From: Collinsella sp.
GTDB taxonomy: Bacteria; Actinomycetota; Coriobacteriia; Coriobacteriales; Coriobacteriaceae
Assembly (NCBI GenBank): GCA_022745215.1
Contig: JAIIWC010000001.1
Span: 1 to 61,162, forward strand
Direction of reading: 5' to 3'
DNA length: 61,162 bases
Shown: positions 9,643 to 18,535 of the stretch, in pieces
Numbering within the stretch: position 1 is the first letter of the stretch
Layout: each line of letters opens with the position of its first letter
Notes under the pieces: generated by a model
What the model was told of the DNA's origin: nothing
Database searches by the model: none
Seen by the model: the letters and a program-made list of their open reading frames with translations, nothing else
Position numbers and translations under genes: made by a program

Positions 9643-10926
9643 CTAGCACTGCGCGAGCGCCTGCTCAAGGTCGGCAATCAGATCGGCCGTGTCCTCAAGG
9701 CCGCACGACAGGCGCACCATATCGGCGGAGATACCGCAGGCAATGAGCTCCTCATCGTTCATCTGGCGATGCGTGGCGTTTGCCGGATGCAGGCAGCAGG
9801 TGCGCGCATCGGCTACATGCGTGGCAATCTGGGCGAGCTTGAGGCTCTTCATAAAGGTCTCGGCCGCCGCACGACCACCGGTAAAGCCAAAGCTCACAAC
9901 GCCGCACGTACCGTTGGGCATGTACTTCTGAGCCATGTCGTAGTATTTGTCGCCTTCCAGGCCCGGATAGCTCACAAAGCGCACCTTGGGGTGGCTCTGC
10001 AGGAACTTGGCGACCGCCAGTCCGTTCTCGCAATGACGCGGCATGCGCACGTGCAGGCTCTCGAGCGAGCTGTTCAGGAAGAACGCCGCCTGCGGGTTCT
10101 GCATGGGGCCAAGGTCGCGCATAAGCTGCGCGGTGGCCTTGGTGATAAAGGCGCCCTCGCGGCCGAACTTCTCGGCATAGGTCACGCCGTGATAGCTCTC
10201 GTCGGGCGTGGTGAGGCCCGGGAACTTGTCCGCATGGGCCATCCAGTCAAACTGACCGTGATCGACAATCACGCCGCCCAGGTAGGCCGCGTGACCATCC
10301 ATGTACTTGGTGGTGGAGTGCGTGACGATGTCGGCGCCCCACTCAAAGGGACGGCACATCACGGGCGTCGGGAAGGTATTGTCGACCATCAGCGGCACGC
10401 CGTGGTCATGCGCGGCCTTGGCAAAGCGCTCAATATCGAGCACGGCAAGGGCAGGGTTGGCGATCGTCTCGCCAAAGACGAGCTTGGTATTGGGCTCAAA
10501 GGCTGCCTCCAGCTCCTCATCGGTGCAGTCGGGGGCGACGAACGTGCAAGTCACGCCCATGCGGCCCATGGTGTGGGCGAGCAGGTTATACGTACCGCCG
10601 TAGATAGCAGAGCTCGCGACCACGTGATCACCGGCACCGGCCACGTTAAAGATCGCGAGGAAGTTCGCAGCCATGCCCGAGCTCGTGAGCATCGCTGCGG
10701 TACCGCCCTCCATCTCGCAAATCTTGGCAGCAACCAGGTCACACGTGGGATTCTGCAGACGGCTGTAGAAGTAGCCCGACTCCTCCAGGTCAAACAGCTT
10801 GCCCATGTGCTCGGACGTGTCATACTTCCACGTGGTGGACTGGTAGATGGGCACCTGGCGCGGCTCCGCATCGCCCGGATGATAGCCGCCCTGAACGCAC
10901 GTGGTACCGATAGTCTGCTCGCACAT
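9643..10926 (-). CDS. metY: O-acetylhomoserine aminocarboxypropyltransferase/sulfhydrylase
   Basis: PIYQST, YSRLQNPT, VDNTF, HSTTKY (PLP lysine), RLSCGLE. Confidence 0.9.
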   Translation of the reverse strand: MCEQTIGTTCVQGGYHPGDAEPRQVPIYQSTTWKYDTSEHMGKLFDLEESGYFYSRLQNPTCDLVAAKICEMEGGTAAMLTSSGMAANFLAIFNVAGAGDHVVASSAIYGGTYNLLAHTMGRMGVTCTFVAPDCTDEELEAAFEPNTKLVFGETIANPALAVLDIERFAKAAHDHGVPLMVDNTFPTPVMCRPFEWGADIVTHSTTKYMDGHAAYLGGVIVDHGQFDWMAHADKFPGLTTPDESYHGVTYAEKFGREGAFITKATAQLMRDLGPMQNPQAAFFLNSSLESLHVRMPRHCENGLAVAKFLQSHPKVRFVSYPGLEGDKYYDMAQKYMPNGTCGVVSFGFTGGRAAAETFMKSLKLAQIATHVADARTCCLHPANATHRQMNDEELIACGISADMVRLSCGLEDTADLIADLEQALAQC

Positions 10927-11014
10927 ATCCAACTCCCTTACTTGGGTTTTGTTTTTATCCGGTTCACGATACCGCTACCCCGTACCCCTCTCAACCCATC
11001 CCGCCGATAGGTTA

Positions 11015-11054
11015 TGGGACAAATTAATCAGGTTTATTTGTCCCAAATCTTAAG
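11015..11054. repeat. 40-bp dispersed repeat family B, copy 1
   Basis: TGGGACAAATTAATCAG-GTTTA-TTTGTCCCAAATCTTAAG; second copy at 23350. Confidence 0.85.
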
Positions 11055-11160
11055 AAAGTGTTCGATGGCGAAAAACAATGAGACATGCACCGCGGTCTCG
11101 ATAAGCGAATGCGCCGGCAAGGTTACCATAGGCGGGTACACCGTGACCAAGGAGACAACG

Positions 11161-11607
11161 ATGAAGCAAATCGATACAGCCCAGCTCGACATCACCGCCT
11201 GCCAGGCTCAGGCTGCCGAATACCACGCCCGCGGCTTTAACTGCGCACAGGCAGTTGTTTGCACGCTCGCGCCCGCCGTGGGGCTCGACCCCCAGATCGC
11301 CTTTACCCTCACCGAGGGCTTTGGCGCCGGCATGGGCGGCATGACCGAGACCTGCGGCGCCATCTCGGGCGCCGTGGCCATCATGGGCTTTGTGATGAGC
11401 GACGGTATGGAAAACCCCAAGACCAAGGGCCAGACCTACAAGCTGTCGCGCGAGATCGCCAAACGTTTTGGCGAGAAGAACACGACGACCGTCTGCGGCA
11501 CGCTCAAGGGCATCGGCTCGGACCAGGGTCCGCTCCGCAGCTGCCCCGGCTGCATCGACGACGCCGTCGAGATCGCCTGCGATGTGCTAAAGCAGCTCGC
11601 CGAGTAA
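11161..11607 (+). CDS. C-GCAxxG-C-C family putative redox protein
   Basis: FNCAQAV, FGAGMG, TCGAISG, later VC and CPGC cysteines; AAGGAG RBS. Confidence 0.85.
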   Translation: MKQIDTAQLDITACQAQAAEYHARGFNCAQAVVCTLAPAVGLDPQIAFTLTEGFGAGMGGMTETCGAISGAVAIMGFVMSDGMENPKTKGQTYKLSREIAKRFGEKNTTTVCGTLKGIGSDQGPLRSCPGCIDDAVEIACDVLKQLAE

Positions 11608-11674
11608 ACGGCAGCAACATAAAACGACGGCCGGCGCGCTTGGGATCCATCCAAAAGCACGCCGGCCGTCGTCG

Positions 11675-12313
11675 TTAGAACTCGGCAAATTCGGGAGCGC
11701 CGACCTCGATCTCCTCGCGCCCCGCCATAAGCTCGCGCATCTTAGCGCAAAACGACTCCTGCTCCCCCGCCTTAAACACCAAATGAAGTGTCACGGCATC
11801 CGCGTACTCGGTATCCGCAACCTTGGCACCCGAATCCTGCGCCAAGCGAAGCACCTGCTCGTATTGCGGATAGGCCACACGCACATCAACCGGCACGACG
11901 CTCGTCATCTCAACGATCTGCCCGGCCTCCTGAGCCGCAGCCACCGCCGCCTGCGTCGCCGCGGTATAGGCGCGCACCAAGCCACCAGGCCCCAACAGCG
12001 TGCCACCAAAATAGCGCGTCACTACGCAGCAAACATTTTTGAGCCCCGCACCGCGCAGCACCTCGAGCGTCGGCATGCCGCTCGTACGGCTCGGCTCACC
12101 ATCATCGCTCTGGCGCTCACGTCCATCGACCAAAATCCACGCGGGAACATTGTGTCGAGCGTCGTAATGACGCTTGCGAATCATCTCGATAAAGGCATTC
12201 GCCTCATCCTCAGACTCAATATGGACCAGCTGAGCAATAAACCGGCTCTTGCGATCCACAAACTCGCCCGAAGCCTCAATATTCGATTGCAAAGTAAAAT
12301 AGCTGTCCAACAA
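11675..12313 (-). CDS. yigZ: YigZ/IMPACT family protein
   Basis: KSRFIA, ARHNVPAW, SDDGEP, VVTRYFGGTLLG.GGLVRAY. Confidence 0.92.
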   Translation of the reverse strand: MLDSYFTLQSNIEASGEFVDRKSRFIAQLVHIESEDEANAFIEMIRKRHYDARHNVPAWILVDGRERQSDDGEPSRTSGMPTLEVLRGAGLKNVCCVVTRYFGGTLLGPGGLVRAYTAATQAAVAAAQEAGQIVEMTSVVPVDVRVAYPQYEQVLRLAQDSGAKVADTEYADAVTLHLVFKAGEQESFCAKMRELMAGREEIEVGAPEFAEF

Positions 12314-12397
12314 AGCCCCTCAATCACAAGCAAAGCAATAAACAGCCTCAATAATACGGCAAACACCATATCGATTGTCAGGGTAACAAAAATGCCA

Positions 12398-12751
12398 AGT
12401 GGGCCTATAAGCCGGGTTCTGTCGTGAACGGTCATTTATCTTGTCTGCACGTTACCGCGCAGCTCCACGCACGCTACCCGAACGCGGACCGGGCCGGCCC
12501 ATAGCGTTCCTATTCGCGCTTGCTCCGGATGGGGCTTGCCAAGCCGCCGTGTTGCCACGACGCTGGTGGTCTCTTACACCACCGTTTCAGCTTTTCCCTT
12601 TACGCCTTGCGGCGCAGGTGGGAGTCTTCTTTTCTGCGGCGCTTTCCGTCGGATCACTCCGCCCGGCCGTTAGCCGGCATCCCGCCCTCTGGAGCCCGGA
12701 CTTTCCTCACGCGTGCTGCAAGCAGCACATCGCGCGACCGTCTGGCCCACT
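12398..12751 (-). ncRNA. rnpB: RNase P RNA, bacterial class A
   Basis: Minus strand has GAGGAAAGTCCGGGCTCC, TGAAACGG, GGAGCAAG and ACAGAACCCGGCTTATAG; P1 AGTGGGCC/GGCCCACT. Confidence 0.95.
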
Positions 12752-13019
12752 CAGCAGTGCAAGAGTGTAACACACCGTTGCCGCAGGCAACGGCACAACA
12801 CAAGCGCTCGCACGATAAACCAAGAACCGCCCATGCGCTACAATAGTCCCGTCGATGGGCAACGTCGTCAGTCGAGACACGACCGCGCTCCGCACCCCTC
12901 CGTCTACTCGGTGTGTTCCCGCCTCCACCCCGAGGCGGGATGTCGGCATTTTTCATGCACCGACAACCAAATAGCCTGTGGACAGCCCGGGCAGCATCAC
13001 GCACCTCAGCAGCAAATGC

Positions 13020-13053
13020 AAAAAGGGACCCGTCCATTGCGGACGGATCCCTT
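13020..13053 (-). terminator. rpsA terminator
   Basis: AAGGGA.CCGTCC...GGACGG.TCCCTT stem then T run on the minus strand. Confidence 0.65.
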
Positions 13054-13077
13054 AAAACAAGTGATCGTCAAACCGAT

Positions 13078-14244
13078 TTACTCGGCGTCGGTCTCCTCGT
13101 CCTTCTTCTCGGAAGGCAGCGGGGTAACCTCGATCTCGACGCCCAGAGTCTCAGCAGCAGACTTCATGGACAGGGAGATACGACGACGGTCGAGGTCGAT
13201 CTCCATGACCTTGACCTGAACCTTGTCGCCCACGTGGGTGACCTGAGAAGGCTGGTCGACGTGCTTGTTGGCCATCTCGGAGATGTGCACCAGGCCCTCG
13301 ATGCCCTCGCCCAGGTCGACGAAAGCGCCGAACGGGACAAGCTTGGTCACAGTGCCCTCGACGATAGCGCCGACGGGGTACTTCTTGACCAGTGCGCGCC
13401 ACGGATCCTCGGTGGTCTGCTTGAGACCCAGGGAGATGCGCTCGCGGTTGAGATCGACGTCGAGAACCTCGACCTCGACCTCCTGGCCGACCTTGACAAC
13501 CTCGGAAGGATGGTTGACGTGGTTCCAGGAGAGCTCGGAGATGTGGATGAGGCCGTCGATACCGCCGAGGTCGACGAAGGCGCCGAAGTCGACGATGGAG
13601 GAAACGGTGCCCTGGAGACGCATGCCAGACTTGAGCTTGGACAGGATCTCAGAGCGCTCGGCCTTACGGGACTCCTCGAGCACGACGCGACGGGAGAGGA
13701 CAACGTTGTTGCGGTTGCGGTCCATCTCGATGACGCGAGCCTCGATGCGGGTGCCCATGTAGGAGGTGAGGTCCTTGACACGACGGAGGTCGACGAGGGA
13801 AGCGGGCAGGAAGCCACGCAGGCCGATGTCGAGAATCAGGCCGCCCTTGACAACCTCGATAACCTCGCCCTCGACGTTCTCGCCGGAGTTGAACTTCTCC
13901 TCGATGCGGTTCCAAGCACGCTCGTACTCGGCACGCTTCTTGGACAGGACCAGACGACCGTCCTTGTCCTCCTTCTGGAGAACCAGAGCCTCGATGGGAT
14001 CACCGAGTGCAACGATGTCTGCAGGGTTAGCGTCCTTGCGGATGGACAGCTCGCGGACCGGGATAACGCCCTCGGACTTGAATCCGATGTCAACGAGCAC
14101 CTCGTCATGCTCGATCTTAACGACAGTGCCGTTAACGAGATCGCCCTCATCAAAGTCGGTAATCGTACCGTCGATGAGGTTGTTCATCTCCTCCTCGTTG
14201 ACATCGTCAAGAGAGAAAATGGACGAGTTCTGAATCTCACTCAA
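13078..14244 (-). CDS. rpsA: 30S ribosomal protein S1 (four S1 domains)
   Basis: DIGFKSEGVI, RGFLPASL, FGAFVDLG twice, GLIHISELSW; TTG start. Confidence 0.97.
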   Translation of the reverse strand: MSEIQNSSIFSLDDVNEEEMNNLIDGTITDFDEGDLVNGTVVKIEHDEVLVDIGFKSEGVIPVRELSIRKDANPADIVALGDPIEALVLQKEDKDGRLVLSKKRAEYERAWNRIEEKFNSGENVEGEVIEVVKGGLILDIGLRGFLPASLVDLRRVKDLTSYMGTRIEARVIEMDRNRNNVVLSRRVVLEESRKAERSEILSKLKSGMRLQGTVSSIVDFGAFVDLGGIDGLIHISELSWNHVNHPSEVVKVGQEVEVEVLDVDLNRERISLGLKQTTEDPWRALVKKYPVGAIVEGTVTKLVPFGAFVDLGEGIEGLVHISEMANKHVDQPSQVTHVGDKVQVKVMEIDLDRRRISLSMKSAAETLGVEIEVTPLPSEKKDEETDAE

Positions 14245-14559
14245 AGGTGGACCCCTTTCGAACTACGGGGCCCCGATTGCTAGGACCTACAGAAGGGTGC
14301 GACAAGCACACAACGTTTAGGAACACTCGGGAGCCGACAGATACTAATGTGACGCTTATGCAATCACGTTCGTATAGATTACGGGGAAATTGCTTCGATT
14401 TCAAGCGCGAACTGCGATTTTTTACTCGTATGGAGACTTTTTCGCAATCTTGTGGACGACCGTCTCCGTAAGTTGACGATAGGCCGTTAGGCATACGGCT
14501 TTGGGGTAAAGTATCCGGAACCAACGATTCTGGAACGTTATTTCGAGAAAGGCGCCCGC

Positions 14560-15318
14560 GTGCTCAAAGCAGTCGTTTTCGATATGGACGAGACGCTTCT
14601 TAGCATCAACCTCAACGCGTTCATCCTTCGCTATTTTAAGGATGTCTCGTCGATGCTCGCGGATATCGGGCGCCGCAGCCGCGGTGGCACGATGGCACGC
14701 CTCGGCACCATCCTGGTCGACCTCAACGCCAACCGCCGAAGCGGCACGGACAACCGCACCAATCTTGAGTTTTACCGCACCGAGGTCGAGCGCAGGTGCG
14801 GCATCTGCCTCTCCGATCCTATCATCTACGAGGCATTTACCTACTACGATCGCGAAGTTCTTCCATACAAGAACGACGACGTCATCAACGCCCACGCCAT
14901 GCCGGGCGCACACGCCGCGCTTCAGGCCGTACAGGACGCAGGGCTGCGCTGCGCGCTCTTCACCAACCCCAGCTTTCCGCAGGGGGCCATCGAGTGCCGC
15001 ATGGGTTGGGGCGACCTGGCCGACGCCCCCTTTGAGCTCGTCACGCACATGGGAAACACCACCCGCTGCAAGCCCGATGCCACCTACTATCTAGAGCAGC
15101 TTCAGGTGATGGGGCTCGAGCCGCACGAGGTCCTTATGGTGGGCAACGACCCCAAGCGTGACTTCCCCAGCCCCGCCTGCGGCATTCAGACTGCCTATGT
15201 TGGTCAGGGAAAACCCGGCCGAGCCACCTGGCGCGGAACCATGGAAGACTTCGCCCGCGACTTCAACGCCGTAGTAGAAGCCTTCTACGAACACCAAGTA
15301 GCCGACGAGCTGTCATAG
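14560..15318 (+). CDS. HAD-superfamily hydrolase
   Basis: VVFDMDETLL, FTNP.FP, CKP, LMVGND. Confidence 0.85.
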   Translation: MLKAVVFDMDETLLSINLNAFILRYFKDVSSMLADIGRRSRGGTMARLGTILVDLNANRRSGTDNRTNLEFYRTEVERRCGICLSDPIIYEAFTYYDREVLPYKNDDVINAHAMPGAHAALQAVQDAGLRCALFTNPSFPQGAIECRMGWGDLADAPFELVTHMGNTTRCKPDATYYLEQLQVMGLEPHEVLMVGNDPKRDFPSPACGIQTAYVGQGKPGRATWRGTMEDFARDFNAVVEAFYEHQVADELS

Positions 15319-15369
15319 GACCCCTCGCTCCAAACAAAATAACACCGCAGGTTGAGCATAAGTCAGCGA

Positions 15370-15467
15370 AAACGCCCCTAAGCGCGCAATGTGCCTTGAA
15401 AGAGGAGGGCATAGGCCTTCTGGCCATGCCCGACGATTGAAAGGCAGATTGCCGTTTAGGGGCGTTT
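15370..15467. repeat. Long imperfect palindrome between convergent genes
   Basis: AAACGCCCCTAA...CAAT.TGCCTT...AAGGCA.ATTG...TTAGGGGCGTTT with an inner GGGCAT/ATGCCC stem. Confidence 0.7.
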
Positions 15468-15518
15468 GCAGCGTCGGCCGGTCCGCCGTTCGGCAGAACG
15501 GCGGAACCTCAGGCGTAA

Positions 15519-16838
15519 CTAACACACCTGAGTTTTGCCGATCATGATGTTGAGGATCTCGACGTCGGTGTCCTTCATGCCCACGCGGCCCACGTAGCCC
15601 ATGCTGGCAATCGTCTGCTCGACGGTATCCTGGATCAAACCCTCGCCGGCACGGAAGCCACGCCCCTGCATGGCCATGTCATGTCCCAGAATCGCCGCAT
15701 CAACGGCAGCCGAAATCTTGGCGGCACAGCTCGCCTTGGCGCCATCGCACACGATACCGCCCACATTGCCGAGCGTATTGGAGACCGTCGCGCCAATCTG
15801 CTCGCGCGTGCCACCACACAGCCAGGTAATCGCGGCACCGGCACCGCACGCGGCGCAAATAGCACCGCAAAACGCCGAGAGCGCACCAATATAGCTCTTG
15901 ATATGCACGGCGATGAGATCGGACAGCATCACGGCGCGCACCAGGCGCTCGTGGTCGCAGCGCAGGTACTCGGCATACTCCATAACGGGCAAGGCGCAGG
16001 TAATGCCCTGATTGCCCGAGCCGCACACAATAGCGACCGGCAACGCACAGCCGTTCATGCGGGCATCGGACCCGGCGGCTGCACGGGCGCGGGCACGGCA
16101 GGCGACGTCATCGGCACGAGCGCCCAGCAGCGTGCGGCCAACCTCGGCGCCCCAAGCGTGCGCCAGACCCTCGTCGCTGATCGCGCCGTTTAGCTCAATC
16201 TGACGCTCAACGGCAGCGCGGGCGCCCTCGATGTCGCCGTCCTCGATAAAGTCGATGATGGACTCAATCGACATGGGCGTGTCGGCGTTATCTGCCGCTC
16301 GCTCGGCCACCACGCGCTCGGCGCAGGCGGCACACTCCCCCGCCGACTTGCCGCATACCGGAATACCGTCGAGCGTATGGCACGTGACATTGGTGTGGTG
16401 GTCGGTAATCTCGACGACCGCGGTATGGCCCCCGGCCGTGGCGGTCACCTTGATGTAGAGGTTGGGCACACCCTCGACAAGCGACACATCGCAGTAACCG
16501 GCATCGGCGAGGAGCTCGGTCACGCGAGCACGATCTTCGTCGTTAACGCTCTCGAGCACCTCGAGTGCGCTCTTGGCGTCACCGCCCACGGCACCCAGCA
16601 CGGCCGCAGCTTCAATACCGTGCATACCGCCCGAGTTGGGCACGGTCACGCTCTTAACGTTCTTGATTATGTTACCCGAGCAGGCAACATTCATATGATC
16701 GGGTTCGCAACCGAGCGTCTGGCTCGCCAGCGCCGCTGCATAGGCAACGGCAATGGGCTCGGTGCAGCCGAGTGCACAGACAAGCTCGCGGTTCAAAACA
16801 TCGCAAAACGCGGCATCACGGATGGAATCGGTAGGCAT
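15519..16838 (-). CDS. L-cysteine desulfidase-like protein (UPF0597, serine dehydratase alpha family)
   Basis: ALGCTEPIA, NIIKNVKSV.VP, SDARM.GC, GSGNQG, LSAFCG, CDGAKASCA.K. Confidence 0.88.
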   Translation of the reverse strand: MPTDSIRDAAFCDVLNRELVCALGCTEPIAVAYAAALASQTLGCEPDHMNVACSGNIIKNVKSVTVPNSGGMHGIEAAAVLGAVGGDAKSALEVLESVNDEDRARVTELLADAGYCDVSLVEGVPNLYIKVTATAGGHTAVVEITDHHTNVTCHTLDGIPVCGKSAGECAACAERVVAERAADNADTPMSIESIIDFIEDGDIEGARAAVERQIELNGAISDEGLAHAWGAEVGRTLLGARADDVACRARARAAAGSDARMNGCALPVAIVCGSGNQGITCALPVMEYAEYLRCDHERLVRAVMLSDLIAVHIKSYIGALSAFCGAICAACGAGAAITWLCGGTREQIGATVSNTLGNVGGIVCDGAKASCAAKISAAVDAAILGHDMAMQGRGFRAGEGLIQDTVEQTIASMGYVGRVGMKDTDVEILNIMIGKTQVC

Positions 16839-17108
16839 AGGTATCTCCTGCTTGCATAACGGGCTGGACTCTCAAAAAAGTTAGCTCCTTTATTTGATAA
16901 CAATGCATCAAAAACCGCAACCATGGTTCCGACGGACGGCGTTCAAGCGCAATCTGACGGCATTCATTCATGCGAAGCCGGTCTTGTCGCATGCTAAAGC
17001 GTTTGACCAAAAAACGCCCGAGCGTTTACGCAAAAGTCGCGCTATCATGCAGTCGAACGCGGTAAAACCTTTAGCAATCTCGCCGCACAGACCAGAGAGG
17101 AACCATCT

Positions 17109-17576
17109 ATGAAGATCGGTATCGGCAACGACCACGCCGCCGTCGAACTCAAGAACATCATCTCCGAGCACCTGAAGGAGCGCGGCTGCGAGGTCGTGAA
17201 CTTTGGCACCGACACCTCCGAGAGCTTTGACTACCCCATCGCCGGCTACAAGGTGGGTAAGGCCGTTGCCAACGGCGACGTCGACCTGGGCATCCTGATC
17301 TGCGGCACCGGTGTCGGGATTAGCCTGGCTGCCAACAAGGTCGAGGGCGTACGCGCCGTCGTATGCTCCGAACCCTTCAGCGCTAAGCTCTCGCGCATGC
17401 ACAACAATACCAACGTGCTCGCCTTTGGCGCCCGCGTCGTGGGCTCCGAGCTCGCCAAGATGATCGTCGACGAGTGGCTCGACGCCGAGTTTGAGGGCGG
17501 CCGCCACGAGCGTCGCGTTAACCTCCTCAACGAGATCGACCACACGCGCGGACTCAAGGTCGTCGACGAGGCCTAA
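17109..17576 (+). CDS. rpiB: Ribose-5-phosphate isomerase B
   Basis: GNDHA, DYP, CGTGVGISLAANK, HNNTNVL, FEGGRH. Confidence 0.95.
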   Translation: MKIGIGNDHAAVELKNIISEHLKERGCEVVNFGTDTSESFDYPIAGYKVGKAVANGDVDLGILICGTGVGISLAANKVEGVRAVVCSEPFSAKLSRMHNNTNVLAFGARVVGSELAKMIVDEWLDAEFEGGRHERRVNLLNEIDHTRGLKVVDEA

Positions 17577-17603
17577 AGACCTACAAAGCCATACGCTAAC
17601 GCC

Positions 17604-17715
17604 AGCCCCCGCCCGGAAGAAACATCCGGACGGGGGCTCTTTAGTAGATTTCTAAGCGGTTACCAAAAATCTACTGGAATAAAAAGGGCGCCGCGGATGG
17701 AATTCCGCGGCGCCC
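17604..17715. terminator. Paired terminators for convergent rpiB (+) and ndk (-)
   Basis: AGCCCCCG...CGGGGGCT-CTTT, and AAAAA-GGGCGCCGCGG...CCGCGGCGCCC. Confidence 0.65.
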
Positions 17716-17753
17716 AAGCCACACGCTAACAGCTTTAAGGAGTCAAAGCTGGT

Positions 17754-18158
17754 TTAGCCAAAGAAGCGCTTGATCTCGATCTCGGCGTTCTCCAGGCAGT
17801 CGGAGCCGTGAATCACGTTAGCGTTGACATCGACAGCGAAGTCGCCGCGAATGGTGCCGGGAGCAGCATCAAGCGGGTTGGTAGCACCCATAAGGGTGCG
17901 CATCTTGGAGACAGCGGAGAGACCGGAAACGACCATCTTGACGACCGGACCGCTCGTCATAAAGTCACAGAGACCGCCAAAGAAGGGCTTGTCGGCCAGA
18001 TGGGAGTAGTGCTCCTCGACGGTAGCGCGCTCGAGCGTGGTCATCTCCATGCGCTCGATGACAAGGCCGCTGCGCTCGATGCGAGCGACGATCTCGCCGA
18101 TCTTGCGATCGCGCACGGCGTCGGGCTTAATCATGATGAAGGTCTTCTCGATAGCCAT
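17754..18158 (-). CDS. ndk: Nucleoside diphosphate kinase
   Basis: MIKPDAV, GATNP..AAPGTIRGDF, NVIHGSD. Confidence 0.96.
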   Translation of the reverse strand: MAIEKTFIMIKPDAVRDRKIGEIVARIERSGLVIERMEMTTLERATVEEHYSHLADKPFFGGLCDFMTSGPVVKMVVSGLSAVSKMRTLMGATNPLDAAPGTIRGDFAVDVNANVIHGSDCLENAEIEIKRFFG

Positions 18159-18535
18159 AAGGTAGCCTTTCAAGTAGGTTCGCGCGTGCCCAAGTCCCAT
18201 TCCGGCACCCGCCTGGACTGCATCGTAACAGAGTTTTAGCTGCAGTTAAACAGAAAGCTGTTTTTTGAAACGTTACAATTAATTAAAGCGTTCCATTTGT
18301 GTCACTTCTGTTTTGAAGCCCGATTAGAGTACCATCCGACCGCACATCAACCGCATCGAACCGAGCGGACGGTCGGTTGCCGCCCGTGAACGTACCCCCT
18401 TCACAACCTGCCCAAAGGTCCTACAAAAGTTCTCGACAAGCTCCTTCCTTCCCTATAACAAAACGGGCGCCCACCGTAGCGAGCACCCGTAAAGGCAAGA
18501 TATGATAAACGCACCAGACAGACGCATCCTATAAG

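Noticed and set aside
12913..14283. Long antisense ORFs opposite rpsA (likewise opposite argG, metY, ftsI, mraY, murD)
   Set aside because: Expected artefact of high-GC codon bias; no motifs or RBS.
16816..16890. AAGGAG-led TTG uORF overlapping the cysteine-desulfidase start
   Set aside because: No Cys/Ser codon run or attenuator structure; could be chance or a remnant of a lost upstream gene.
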